A DNA stretch of 64,000 nucleotides. Origin: Lepidodermella squamata. Its lineage: Eukaryota > Animalia > Gastrotricha. Position 1 is the stretch's first letter. The number at the start of each line of letters is the position of its first letter. The stretch is from the NCBI GenBank assembly GCA_047495785.1, contig JBLDXI010000032.1, forward strand, positions 3,224,001-3,288,000, read 5' to 3'. The position numbers were made by a program, and so were the translations under genes. The notes beneath the pieces were generated by a model. The model was given only the letters and a program-made list of their open reading frames with translations, was not told the origin of the DNA and searched no databases. Positions 35,714 through 48,758 of the stretch are shown piece by piece.

Positions 35714-37503
35714 TCACTTTCTCAGCCTTTTTCGTAGTTGAAGCAATGGCTTGCCCGGAGCATATCGATCTATTGGAGTTTCATCAACTAGTTTACAACT
35801 AGTTTCAGGTAGGTACAAAAGCGAAAACAAAAATCCGATAAAAGAAATGAAAGCAAATGGCAAGAACGCGAAATGGCCAGTCAATAATTGAAGAAAGGGA
35901 AACAACAAACTACTGGCAATGTTAGCCAACCAATTCGTGAACATTGATATGACCATGGCAGTAGGTTTCGCTGATTGAGTGAAGAGTTCGGCCGGCATAA
36001 AACCAGCTATAGGTCCAGGCCCGGCAGAAAAGGTCAGATGGAATATTGCAAAGCCGGCTATACTGAGTTCGAAAGCCTGATAAAATAAAAGTTGAATAAT
36101 TTTTATGAATTGATTATAAATTAAATTAAAATTAATTATAATTAAAATTAAAATTAGAAACTTAAAAAAATAAACAATTAATTGGCAATTAAATTAAATT
36201 AAATTAAATTAAAAAATTAATAATTAAAATGTATTAAAATTGTATTATACCCCGGCTGATAGGACTACTAAGAGGAGAATGTTGGCTATGGTCATCCCAG
36301 CCATAGATAGAATCATCAATAGCCGCCGTCCGACGCGGTCTACAATCAGCATGTTAACCCCGTTTCCGATCAGTAGCGCTAAGGAAACGCCTAGATTCGC
36401 GAGACCAGCTTCGTCTTTCGCCAGGCCAGCCTCTTTCATAACATCAGCCGCGTAGAAAAACACGGCAGTTATGCCAGTAAATCGGCAGTAAATTTGCAGA
36501 TTTATAACGATGAAGATCGGCCAGAGGAGGGATCTGCTTTTGAATATGTCTCCGATAGATATGAACTCGACTTTCGATTCAGCCTCGGCGATTCGGCAAA
36601 TCCCTTGAAATTCTTGTGTCACGTCCGATGTGCCGCGTAATTTTCTTAAAGCATCTATAGCTTCATCGTTGAGTTTTAGATCGATGAGACTTCGTGGACT
36701 TTCGACAACGAAAATCATGCTGATTGCGTGAATCAGGTAGAAAAAGAATTCGACAACTGCGAAAAATATTGAGATAAATTACGGCAAATTTATCAGGAAT
36801 TTAACGTACGAAAGAGGTAATTCCATCGGGTTTCGGTTCCGAGAAGATACTGCAGGCCGAGTAAATTCGAGAAAATGATCCCCACTGCAAGGGTAAGGCC
36901 AATCAGACTACCACAGGCTCCTCGAAGTGAAGACGGTGCCAACTCTAGGATTAATTGAGGTGCGATGACAAAAGCCAATCCTGAGTGAAATCCGACTAAA
37001 AATCGGCCGACCAGCAGTGGGATGAAGCTGTTAGTCCATGGAGTAATAAAAAGGACAACGCTGCCGGCCAATCCGATCGCTGAACTGAAAATCAGTGCTT
37101 TTCGCCTGAAACAAAATAAAACAGAATTTTAAGAAAACTGCAAATAATGATTTATTTTTCGATCAATTTACTTGCCTACAGCGCGTCCAAGGGCAGCAGG
37201 GAACCAGGTGGAACCGACAAGCCCGCCGATAAGGAAGATTGTTACAATCCAGGACCAGCAGGTCTTCAACTCGGCGTTCGAGAAATACTCACCGTTGCCT
37301 ATATTAATCGATGTTTCATTCACGAATGCGAGAATCACAGTAGACGGAGCGTTGATCACGCTTAGATTGTAGCCCATCGTCACTGAAGATCCGAGTATGA
37401 CGGCGAAATTGCAGAAAATTAAGTATAACGTCCATTGGCTTGATTTTTTAAGGACAACTGTCTGAACTAGAGGTGTAGCAGTATCGATGGTCTCGTGATC
37501 CAT
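35714..37503 (-). CDS. SLC2/GLUT-like transporter T3
   Basis: GSSVTMGYNL, ELAPSSLRG, VESPRSL, VDRVGRR, GPGP, LPET. Confidence 0.88.
36105..36240. repeat. AT-only (AAATT)n low-complexity tract in last intron of T3
   Basis: TTAAATTAAAATTAATTATAATTAAAATTAAAATT..AAATTAAATTAAATTAAATT. Confidence 0.7.
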
Positions 37504-39885
37504 AAAAAATTTAGCAGTGTGCTGTACAAAACTTTCAGGTTATGTTGTATAAAATGCTGTAGACTTCAATGGATATCCACTCATCCATTTTATTCATCGG
37601 TCACGCCTCATTTGATGAAACTAATCGGCCGCCAGGCTAATGGACTCTAAACGAGAGCAAGTTATCATGAAAGCTCTCGTCGATAGCCGTTTGTTCTGAA
37701 TTTTGTCTGCCGAGTCAATAAAAGAGTCTGACGAGGCGTAGCCGATTCAGGGCACGAGCGGCTATCGGCGAGAGCGAGGGTGCAGATTCATTCATATAAT
37801 TGTGGATGAAGCGCGCTCCGCTAGGGCAAAGCCGCTTCTTTGGGGGGAACACGCGCTTTTTCAGTTAGATATTTTAGAGGAACGCGCTTCCACGTTCACC
37901 CAAGTCCTAGGTGAACAGCGTGTTCCACTAAATCGCGGTCTTAGGGTAACATGCGGCTAGGGTGCGATTCGAATATAATCAGCGATTTTGGTGAATTTTT
38001 TAATGCTAGTACAGATTCTAAGAGTGGCGACAGCTTAACTGCGAACTAATAATCTTGTGCAAATTTATTTTCTGAAAATAGCTACGCTTGCCCTCTCTGG
38101 TTAAAAAAGGGGTAACAAAGAGCAACTGGGTAATGCTTTCCCGCGAAAATGTCTGCAAAAATCAACATTTATTCTCGCTAACTAATGATTGAGCTATGTA
38201 TCGTTGTAAATAATGTGTAGATAGAATAGAGCTGCGTATTTCACCTTACATCTAAAGTCTGCCCGAAATGTCCTGACGCTATAATAATTTCATATATTTC
38301 ACAACAAAAAATCGATAATTTAGCATTTTTATTGATCGGGGGAGTTGAATAATAATATAGCTGTGAGAAAGACGGAGATAGCAAAATAGAGCACCAACCA
38401 TTGTTGGTCTACTAATAATAGAGAGATTGAAAAGATGATTGAAAATAAGACTTGGCCATTTTCAAGACTTTTCAATTTCATACGGCGAATTGTCAATTTT
38501 ACAAAAATATATATTTTTACAATCGAAAAGTCTGACGTAAAAATAAAATTGCTGTTTCCTCCTGAAATTTCAGAAATGCAGAGCCCCATTCTGTTTTTGT
38601 TTACTCTGCTTACTAGTACTGCTTACTACTACTATTATCCGATCAATAAAAGAGCTAGATTATTGATTTTCTGCCTTGCTATGTAGCTAACTGTAACATA
38701 TACGTTTGTATATAGCGCCATGACTTTTCGGCCGGACGGTATTTTAATAGACCGCGGAAAGCGTGCTCACTGAATATATTCGAATTTTACGGGAACGCGC
38801 GTTGCTCTAATAGCGCGAACAGCGCGCTTTGAGCACGCTTTCCTCTGAATCGCGGGTTAGCCTACTATATAATATTATATGTACAAAACAATGAATAACA
38901 AATAAGGCCGTAATCTCCCTGACTCTCAAACCTCGCTCATTTTTTAAGGAGTAGGTAATTGCAATTATTTTTGTGGCAATACCCGCAAGAACAAAAAAAT
39001 CAGTATTATTCCTAAAATTATGAGCGTGTCTAAATATAAATATAAATCTCGAAAGGATGATGAAATTGAAAAATAGCCGCGAATAAAAAATCATTGCCTC
39101 GTCGATGCCTCGGTTGAATTCAAATTTTTTATCAGCTTGGCCCCGGAAAATGGGCGCCATATTATAATAAAGAAATCGGGCTTTTGGGTGAGAGTTTTAC
39201 CGTCCTATCGCGTGATAGATTTGAAATGTACAGTTTATCAGTTTAAAATTTATTAGTTATTTATTAACATAGATGAGGATGTTATCGGCTCAAAAGATCT
39301 CTACTCATATATAATAGTATATTCGCGGTCAACAGGTGGTCTGTTATAAGTTCATCTATCTAAATGGCTGTATTTTGTCGCGAAAAGATGTGAAAAAGTG
39401 TATTCTTAAACGTTCCAACATTTGCATTATAATTCATAAGACTCAGCTTTCATCAGCTCTTTCATGTTATTTTGTCGTAATTTTCTTCCATTCATAAAAA
39501 CTAGATAGTGTAGTAAGTGTTTGTTAAAACTGCTCATCAGGTTACCTGGAATAGCCGTACTATACAATGGCGAGTCCGCACGTGCCGCTGTATTTTGTAC
39601 CGGTGGCTCTTCACTACTTCCAAGGTGAGTTATGCAATATGTAAATAACTTGGCACGCAGCTATAGTAATATTCCTTATCTTCTATATTATTGCACTCAT
39701 TATCAAACTCAATTTTTTTACGACGGCTATTTTACACTACTACGCCGTGATTACATTTGACAAAAAATACGAGAGAGCCGTTATCAATTGCAAAAATTAT
39801 TACGCTACAATATATGGCCTGGAAAATCATTAATTCAATCCATGATATAATCGACTAATAATTGCTTAAGAAAGGCCGCGGCATT

Positions 39886-41609
39886 ATGGCTAGCGATGAA
39901 AAGGCTTTGAATCAAAGTTCCGACAGGATGGGCACTTCGACCCAGCACATTGGCCTGATCGATAAACCTAAACCGCAACTCTACAATCAAAGATGGACTG
40001 GCTACCTGGTATTCTGCGATTTCATCATCGTCCTCGGAACTTCGTTTTTGTTCGGCTATAATTTCGGTGAGATATAAAAAATCTTGTCTAACCAATAATC
40101 AGGTTTTTTCAGGTGTTATCAACGCTCCGTTTGCAGTGATGAGCAGATACGTCAATGAAAGTTTTGCGGCCGATGGCGTAATTTTGTCAGCTACAGAACT
40201 AAAAACTCAATGGTCAGTTATAGTCACTCTCTACCTGATTGGCGGCATAATCGGCTCTGCCTGGTTTCCAGGGGCTTTGATGGCCAGGTTCGGCAAGAGG
40301 GATAGCCTCTTCGTAGCCTCCGCAATAGGAATGGCAGGTTCAGTCGTTATTCTTATCACACCATGGACTGGCAGCTATGTCCCGATGTACTTGGGACGAC
40401 TTGTCCTGGGCTTCTCGGCCGGTTTAGCTATGACTATAGCGCCGCCTTTGATCATTGAACTAGCCCCGGCGAGACTAAGAGGCTTCTGCGGGAGTTTAAT
40501 CGGCCTTGGAATCAGTAGCGGTTCGCTGGTATCCAACTTTCTTGGCCTGAGTTTTGTCCTTGGATATGAAACAACTTGGCAATACCTCTTCCGTAAAATT
40601 TCGAAAATTTCCATAAAATCAAAATAATTTGTTTTATTTTTAGTTTTCGAATTAGGAATCTATGTCTTCCATACTGTCTGTATGTTTTTTGTTGTGGAAA
40701 GTCCGCGAGCTCTTATCGACCAAAAGAAAGAAGACCAGGCAATGAAAGCTATGATGAAACTAAGGAATGGCTCAGCGGATCAAGTCATGCCTGAAATCGA
40801 TGTTCTCAAAACTATGGCTGAGCAAGAGGCGAAAATTGAGAGAATTTCGCTTGCTGGAATATTCCGAAGCCGAACCTTATGGTGGTCGCTGTTTGTAGTC
40901 ATTCACCTCCAGATCTGCAGTCGTTTGACTGGCCTCGCCCCGGTGCTATTCTACGCAACTCAAGTCATGAAAGACGCTGGTCTAACGCCCGAAATGGCCG
41001 GCGTGGCTAATCTAGGCGTTTCATTTGGCAATCTAGCTGGCAATATATTCAACGCGATTCTAGTCGATCGAATAGGACGTCGAATTTGCATGATTATCGG
41101 TCTATTTGGCGTAGGGGTGGCTCAAATAATTCTCGTTATTGTTCTGCAATATAAGGTGGATTTGAATTTTCCGATAATTTCTTCTATTAAACGAATTTTT
41201 TCAGATTTTTGAAGGGAGTATTGTTGGATTCGCGTTATTTCACCTGTTCTACGCTTTTGGCCCGGGTCCAGTTGGAGTCTTCCAACCGGCGGAAATGTTC
41301 ACTCAAGCAGCACGGCCAACAGCCATGACTGTTTCGATGTTATCGAATTGGGTCGCGAACATTATTTGCAGTTTCGCCTTTCCAGCCCTCCAAATCAGCG
41401 TCGGTCCGTTTTCTTTCCTACCCTTCGCGATCATTGCTATGCTTGAATGCGTATTCTGCGTGCTGTTCCAACCCGAGACAAGTAGCAAGAAAGCGACAAG
41501 CTCAGCCGCTGATCGTTACGATCCTGGTAAACCGCTGTTACAGCTGGAAATGTGCAACAAAAAGCGAAATTTGAGATCTGAAGCGTCGGACAATAATGAA
41601 GCTTTATAA
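39886..41609 (+). CDS. SLC2/GLUT-like transporter T4
   Basis: MASDEK..GTSFLFGYNF, ELAPARLRG, VESPRAL, VDRIGRR, GPGP, QPET; divergently oriented from T3. Confidence 0.88.
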
Positions 41610-41940
41610 AATAAAAATATTTTACGATAAAGCAGAACTGCAAGAATTTTCGAAAATTTCCAAGGCTTCAAAATCGGGCTCAAAGCATCAAAATGTTGAG
41701 GATAAATATTTTTTTTATGGATCATGAGCAGCTAACCATCGAAACTTCAGGAAAACGGAGGTTCCATTCTTTTACACTGACAAGCAATCGTAAATGCTTA
41801 CAATATCGCCTAATATAGTTCGAACGGTATTTCTCACTTTCTCTGATGTATAAGTCACTTGAAATTAGATTTTAATGAAAAGTTGAAAGCAAACATTCAA
41901 CAGGTAACTGCGAATGATAGCGTGCAGTTGATAGCAGCAA

Positions 41941-44900
41941 TTAAATTGCGAGTTGGGATGAGAAAGCGGCGCAGTTAACTTCGAGCCTTCGCAATTCTTC
42001 CTCGGCTAGCACACGGCCAACAATGCTGAGGCAATTCATTTGCCCGCTGAAATCGTTACCATCTGGGGAACTGTAAAATAAAGAAAAAGATCAATTGATT
42101 TGATTGAGATCCGATATTTAATAAGCACGCGTTTTTTCTATTCGTACTTGGAAGAGGTTCCAGCAGCGGATAATTGAAGTTATTTTCTCAAAATATTCTA
42201 TGTTTGAATCTGACTAAGGCTCATACTTCAAACTGGTTGGAAAAAGCGATTTCAGTGGATGCATTTTTAGGTGATTAGTGATTAAAGTAAGTGGAACCTT
42301 TCAGAAAGGTCAGGAAGCTCAAGATTTAGTTGTAATGATAAAATCAAACAAAAATCGGCTTCTTTTTACAGCAAATTTGACAACAAGGCCAGAGCCCTTT
42401 TTCCAACCAAGGGAAGTATGAGCCTTACTCAATTTCAAACGTTGATCAACAAAATTCCAGCTGTCCCCTGCTATGTCCGCTGCGGGAACCCCTTCTAAGT
42501 AAGAACACTTATTTAAGTAGGAATATCTACTCCGTTTAAAATTTGGTTCCTAATTAAAATTTAAATGATGATATTACTTAGTGTTGAGCCACATTTCGAT
42601 TTGATTGATTTTGAATTAACCTCTTGGCTGGCTCAAAATTGTTACTGAGAGGCCTAATGGGAACTTTGCGAAAAGAGCTATCCAAATTATTCGTACACTA
42701 ATCATGAATTAATTAAAGAATTGTGTAACTTCTAACCTTCCAAGCAAAAACGACGCGGTTCCGGTGTTGAAAAACTGCGGCGAGACATTGACTCTGGTGA
42801 ACCATCCATCACAGCCGAGGGTCAAATTTGCGCCGGCGGCGTTGTAACTCACTGAATAAAACCGAGGGGGCCTTAGCGAACCGCTAGCGTAAACCGGCGC
42901 AGCTTCTGATGAATTCCTGCATTCGATCGAAATACTACCACTGCCGCCTATGATTATCATCTTGTCGTAGTTATCGTTGACCAACTGAAGCCCGGTTTCC
43001 CTGTACTGCAGAATTTGCCCAGCAGCGGTTGAACGGACGAATAGTGTTATCGTGAAATCTGCCCCGCTGAAGTCTAGCTTAGGAGCAGACATTCGAATAG
43101 GATTAGAGTCGCTTGGTACCAGTGACCCAGGCAGCTCGTTGAAGACATTGAAGAACGAAGTCGGCGGTTGATTTACTGCCACATTACTCGGCGGTGGTAT
43201 GATATCGTTTAGATTATCGAACAGTGGCCAATAAGCGACGTGACCAGTAACAAGCTCTCCAACATTGTTTGGCACAAGCGGGCGATTGGCTAGTAGCTGG
43301 TAACACTTCCTCCTCAGCTGCCTCAACCTTCCACTCGTCATCGCCACGTTGTAAGTCGAGTAGCAAGAGAAATAGCGTTCATTAATAGCGTTCGATGTTT
43401 CGTACATCTGGCCGAATCTGATCGAACGAGCCTCGTTTAGCGGCACTGAGATGTTGCTGGCTACGACGTAGCGATGGTCGCAAAAAAGTGTCAGATCAAG
43501 CGTTGTTTCGTCATACGTGAAGCCAATAAAATGCCAATGGTTTAACTCTGTGGTCGAGCAGGTCAACTTGGTCGCGGCTGAAAAGAAGCAGATCAAAAAT
43601 ACAGCCTCGTGGTTTCATAGGCAATATCCTTAATACTCAATTTTGTGATTATTTCTCATTCCGTCGTTATAATAGATCTTTAATTTTTAGTGTATTACTT
43701 ACAATCAGAGTACGTAGCGACCAGTTCTTTTGTTGTTCCATAGAAAAGCAAATACAGTTTCCGCGATCCATAAGTATCAGATATATTAGCGACAAGGACA
43801 GATTCATCGGCCTGAAATGTAAGAAAGATTCAAACATTCGGTCAACAACACCTATTGTTTTAGTGGCAGAAATGCGAAGCTCAAGTTTAGCGAGAAAAAG
43901 TGAAACAGAACTACCACAAAATCCGAATTATAAGGCAATTGGGGTCAATTATTTACGATACAGGACAGGGGTAGCCCTAATTAACTGATGCAGCTGGTTA
44001 AGGCCGATTACCCTACTGAAGCTAAACAAGCTAATAGACAGACGATAAACATGAAGTTCAAGGGGCAATTTACAGAAGTTTTAGCTTGAAGATGGTAGTT
44101 TACGAGTTCAATTCAAAATAAAGGGCATGTCTCGTTTGTAAGGCAGAGTTTCAGCCTTGATTGATAATAATGTAAGGCAGTTCCTTCTAATTCGGATTGT
44201 AAGCTATTTCTTTAAAAATTATCTTACAAGAGAATACTCTGTGGATATCATTTTGAAGTAGAGAGATAGCGTGAAGCTGCCTCCGACATTTATGTTCAGC
44301 GACTCGGTGAGCTTCGCGTACAAGTTCCCTTGAACAGGCATTGACAGGGATGTACCAGGGTGGCCAAACGGTCCAATAGCCCAGGAGTGTTGGCCAACCA
44401 CTACAGCTCTAACAGCGGCTGGGCTGATATCAGCAAGGTCGGAGTTGAATGGCCAGAATCTTTCGTCAAGCGGCAATCCCGGGAAAATGTCTGAAAAAAT
44501 TAACAATCATCTCTATTGGACCTCAAATGACCTCAGTTTACAGTATAACATGTACAATTTTGATCTTAAAATTATTTTCAAAATTGTGTAATACCTATTC
44601 CTCGCATGGATTTTAGATATTTCAAAAAATGTTATACCGATACATCGTTGCCTTACTCATCTAAAAAAATCAACTACAACCCACTCATTTCGCATTCAGC
44701 TTGCGCTGAGTACAGCTTGACTTCCTGTATAAGTGATTCATGTATTTTAGGATAAAAACATTTCATTTTCTTCAAATTACCTGCCAGGGAGAAGCGCATG
44801 TATCTGCTTTGCTAATACACGTGTACTGCGTTGTATTGGAATTGAAGCAGAGTCGCCACTACAGAGGTTGAGCGTCAAAATGAATGAAAAAACTTGGCCT

Positions 44901-46916
44901 GTACAAATTACCGCCTGAGTCGTTTGAATGCACTCAGCGTAGTTATCGGCAAACGTCAAATTGCTAGTATAAGAGTTAACCTGGAGACATAAGATTATTT
45001 CGGGTTAGCTGGGTTCATTATTCAAAACCGTTGTAGAGCCAGTTGGGCATTCGGCATAGCAACTCGAGAGTCCCGTTGAGCTAATCAAGCATTCGCGAGC
45101 CCCCTGAATCAAATTATAAAATAAATTACAGCCTTATCCCGATACTTTAATTTGGAAAAAATTACCCCAGTCAAACAATCCGTCTGCGACGTAAACTCCC
45201 TGTTGTCTACAATCTACAGGCGAAAATGCATTATTTGGAACGCCTAAGAATAGCTAAAAACGCACGCTAGTTGAGCCGTTGGAGCATGAAGAAAAGCAGC
45301 CCTGGAATTCGAGATCAGCATCGAAGCAGCGGACGAATTTCGGCAGCTGGGAAATCAGACAATCAGCGTAGTTATCGGCAAAATCTTGCTTAGCTCTGAA
45401 AGTTGTAACCTGAAAGTGAACAAAGACAAACGATAAAATTTTCGAAGTGAAACGAATTTTCGAATTTGTACCAGTTGCAGTCCGGTTGCACTAAATGATC
45501 CGCGACAAACGAGCCCGTTGGCAGAGGAACACAAAGCAGCAGGCTAATTTCAATTTTCAAAAAATGGTTTGATCGATTTTTAGCCAAAAAAGCTTACACC
45601 AACTAAGCAATGAAACTTGTCAATGTAAACACCTGGGCTGAATTCCTGAAATTAAATATTTATTCCAACTTATTTCCAGATCACAAATACCAAATCAAAC
45701 CTGAGTGGCTGTGGCCGTATTGCAAGGTGTCGATTGGCAGCCAATGAAAGATCGGTCGCTGGCCAGAAAACAGCGTTGATGTTGCTTGAAATCACCGTCA
45801 ATCCTTGCGACTATTGAAAAGCAAAAGTCATACTTAATACTTAGGATACGAGGAACACCGGGCCAACTAACTGCTCTGCTGTCTCATACAGGCTTGCATG
45901 CTATCCATCTGCCGAAGGCTGTTCTGTAAAAAAAAAGAAATTTAGTTGCTAATCCAGAACAACGTTGTATAGATTCTGAAACTCACCCCCGAGTTGGGAC
46001 AAGTTCCATTCACAGGTATGCACGTCTTCACGCCGTTCTTGTCACACAAAAACGCCGGGCGGCTCTGAGAAAATAATTTCAGTGAATATCAATCAGAATA
46101 TCTTGCAGCGTAAAACCAAAAATAGGCAACGAACTCAAGCTAATGAAACTTGCTATTTTCGAATATTTTTCTTAGACCAAGAGTGCGTCGCGTTCTGGAA
46201 CAGGCCTTCTGGAGGCAATCGCTAAGAATTTCAGCGTAATTTATTTTGATATTTTTTTTAATTAATTGAAAAATTCCAAAAAATTCACAAAAGGTAGCTC
46301 TGGGCGAATTAATTATTTAAAAAAAATTCCGCTCATTTCGGTCAGATTCGGCCAAAATTAAGACCCAATATAATTTAGCGCCGAATATAAAGGCAAAACA
46401 TATAGCTATTGATCGTTGCCCTGCACTCCTCGTACTTGGACCTGAATTGCAAACCGATGAATTCGAACGTCTGCCAAAAATAAACAACTTGTCACGTCAC
46501 GATGAGCGATATAATATATTAGCTATTCTTACCAGAACTTCAGTAGGCAAACAGCCTAAGTTCCTTGGAATGCAACGCATGTTGATTCGCTCGAAATTGA
46601 AACAGCTTCGAACGGACTGTACACAATTTGCTCAAAAAGATTTGCTGTAATCACAATAACTCACCCCGGAAGTGCAGCTATCATATCCATTTAGCTGGTT
46701 CCCGAGCTACGCCCCAAATTAGTAAATTTACCTGAGAATTAATAAACCGAACAAACCAACCTGAACTTCTTCGAAGAAGGAGCAATTTGGTTTACAGCCC
46801 ATAAAATCATCGTTGAAGCGCGAGAAGCAACGTTTATAAGTTTGCTGTGATTCGCTAACAGTCACTGTTACCAACAGCAGAGCCAGCAACTGGCACAAAT
46901 TCAATAAATGATACAT
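41941..46916 (-). CDS. Secreted multi-exon protein: ~7 unrecognised Cys-rich repeats + two LamG/concanavalin-A-like domains
   Basis: Leader MYHLLNLCQLLALLLVTVTVSES, then small Cys-rich exons at 46.8-44.8 kb. LamG-like motifs occur twice (FWPFN/YWPLF, SFTLSLYFK/DFTITLFVR, WHFIGFTYD, L.L.CDG, F.GQMNCL). The last exon ends AAFSSQLAI-TAA at 41943-41941. Joining everything into one gene is inferred. Confidence 0.6.
42145..42501. mobile_element. Intronic MITE, TA-bounded, ~29-bp imperfect TIR
   Basis: TACTTGGAAGAGGTTCCAGCAGCGGATA vs reverse complement of TGTCCGCTGCGGGAACCCCTTCTAAGTA; inner IR TAAGGCTCATACTTC / GAAGTATGAGCCTTA. Confidence 0.7.
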
Positions 46917-46931
46917 TATTACCGTGGCGGC

Positions 46932-47950
46932 CATAGACATAATTTAAGATAGACTGACTACTCACGAGAAAACAGCGGAACACCATGGGTCGCAGATGTT
47001 CAGCTGAATCATGAAAAAAGGTCCGAATTTCGGTGGGAAAGTAAACAAAGAAGTTGATTTTTCTTCGATCGATTATTTGAAATCAGAGCTGGTTCTTTGA
47101 AGTTTGTTGATGGTACCTAGAAGAGAATTTTACGACGAACACGATGGTTATTTTTTCTTTATTTTTGGATTTTTTTAAATGGGGGAAAATTAATTTTAAA
47201 GTTTTTGAGCTTGCAAATAAAATCGAAAATCGACAGGATTAAAAGCGAAATTGAAGGAGTTGCCGATGGTTCTAAACGCGGCTTGGCGTTAGCTTTCTTC
47301 TGAGCCCAATCTTGACCTTCAATGATTTTTTACTGAATTTTAACAATTTTTTGAAGTTTTTCGGTGGGAAACAGCATTACTTTTGGTTTGGACATCTTGG
47401 CCACACATGTGATTCATGCGCAAGGTTCATGCTTTTTTCTGGTTTAGATTCATGCGAATGAATCACGCGTTTGCTTGTGTCTGTTTTGCTAACAAGCAAA
47501 AGTAATGGATTTTCCCACCGAAAAACTTCAAAAAATTGTTAAAATCCAGTAAAAAATCATTGAAGGTCAAACTTGGGCTCAAAATAAAGCTCACGCACAG
47601 GCGCATTTAGATTCATCGACAATCGATTCAATTTCATTTTCCTTCTTGTCGATTTCCCATTTTATTTGCAGGCTCAAAAACTATAAAATGCATTTCGACC
47701 AATTTGAAAAAATCATAATTTCACGAAAAAATAACCATCTTGCTCCTCTCATAATTCTCTTCCTGGTTCCAACAACGAAATTGAGAGAACCAGCGCTGAT
47801 AAAACGAAATCGATCGAAGAAAAATCAACTTCTTTGTTTACTTTCCCACCGAAATTCGGACCTTTTTTCATGATTCAGCTGAACATCTGCGACCCATGGT
47901 GTTCCGCTGTTTTCTCGTGAGTAGTCAGTCTATCTTAAATTATGTCTATG
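46932..47950. mobile_element. 1019-bp foldback/MITE, ~140-bp perfect TIR, 8-bp TSD GTGGCGGC (P-element/hAT-type ends)
   Basis: GTGGCGGC|CATAGACATAATTTAAGATAG...CTATCTTAAATTATGTCTATG|GTGGCGGC. The arms stay imperfectly complementary almost to the centre (~47440). Confidence 0.92.
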
Positions 47951-48758
47951 GTGGCGGCTGAAAATATTAGTTATTACTAAGATCAGAAGATCAGTTTGGT
48001 TGCTGTTAAAATGCGCGGGTATTTTTTTGCCGAAAATTGAGCGCGTGTGCTATTATCCACGTTGAGTCGCGTGACCAGGCCATGTTGAAAAATCGTGGAT
48101 TTCAAAAACTCTTTTTCTACCTCATTCTACCTCATTTTTTCTGAATAGTGAATAGAATTATGGATGCAATTTAGGGTGAAAATAAATGCAAAGAATTACA
48201 AATAATCAGCAAAATGTGGACGTCTTGACTTTTCGCATAAGGGGACTTTGGTTAGGTCGCAGATCGAGTTCGGTATCGCGATAGATTGTGCTTACCCATA
48301 TTATAGGGCATTCATTGATCGCGGGACCTATTGACTGTATAGTTATCGCAGTGGATCGGCATGTATCGATTTCTGGGTCAGGCGTCTTCAGCTGTGGAAT
48401 CTTAGATTCTAAATTACTCCCATGAATGTCCCTAAGATTCTCCTTCACTTATATCACCGAAAAAGTTAAGTTTGAAAAAGTTTTAGAGGTTCAGCATTCA
48501 GATCAGAATTCAGCTTTTCCAGTCTTTCATCGCGACAGTTTTTGCAGCACAGCAATCACGCACTCCGTCTGGGCAAACAGGTCGAATTCGGCCGGTTTGA
48601 TTGAATTTGAATAGCGTCGTCTTTTTATTTTCCAACTCGAACAAATTTACACAAAGGTCAATGAGACTATGGCTGACACGGTGGTATTTTTTGTTGGATT
48701 TTTTGTTAAAATTAAAGACGAATAAAAATGCTCAAAGTTATAGGAAGTTAGTTTGCAT

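Noticed and set aside
37560-39830. Short ORFs between T3 and T4
   Set aside because: No recognisable motifs, AT-rich composition and repeat-like GCGCG/GAACGCG strings. Treated as intergenic or TE-derived.
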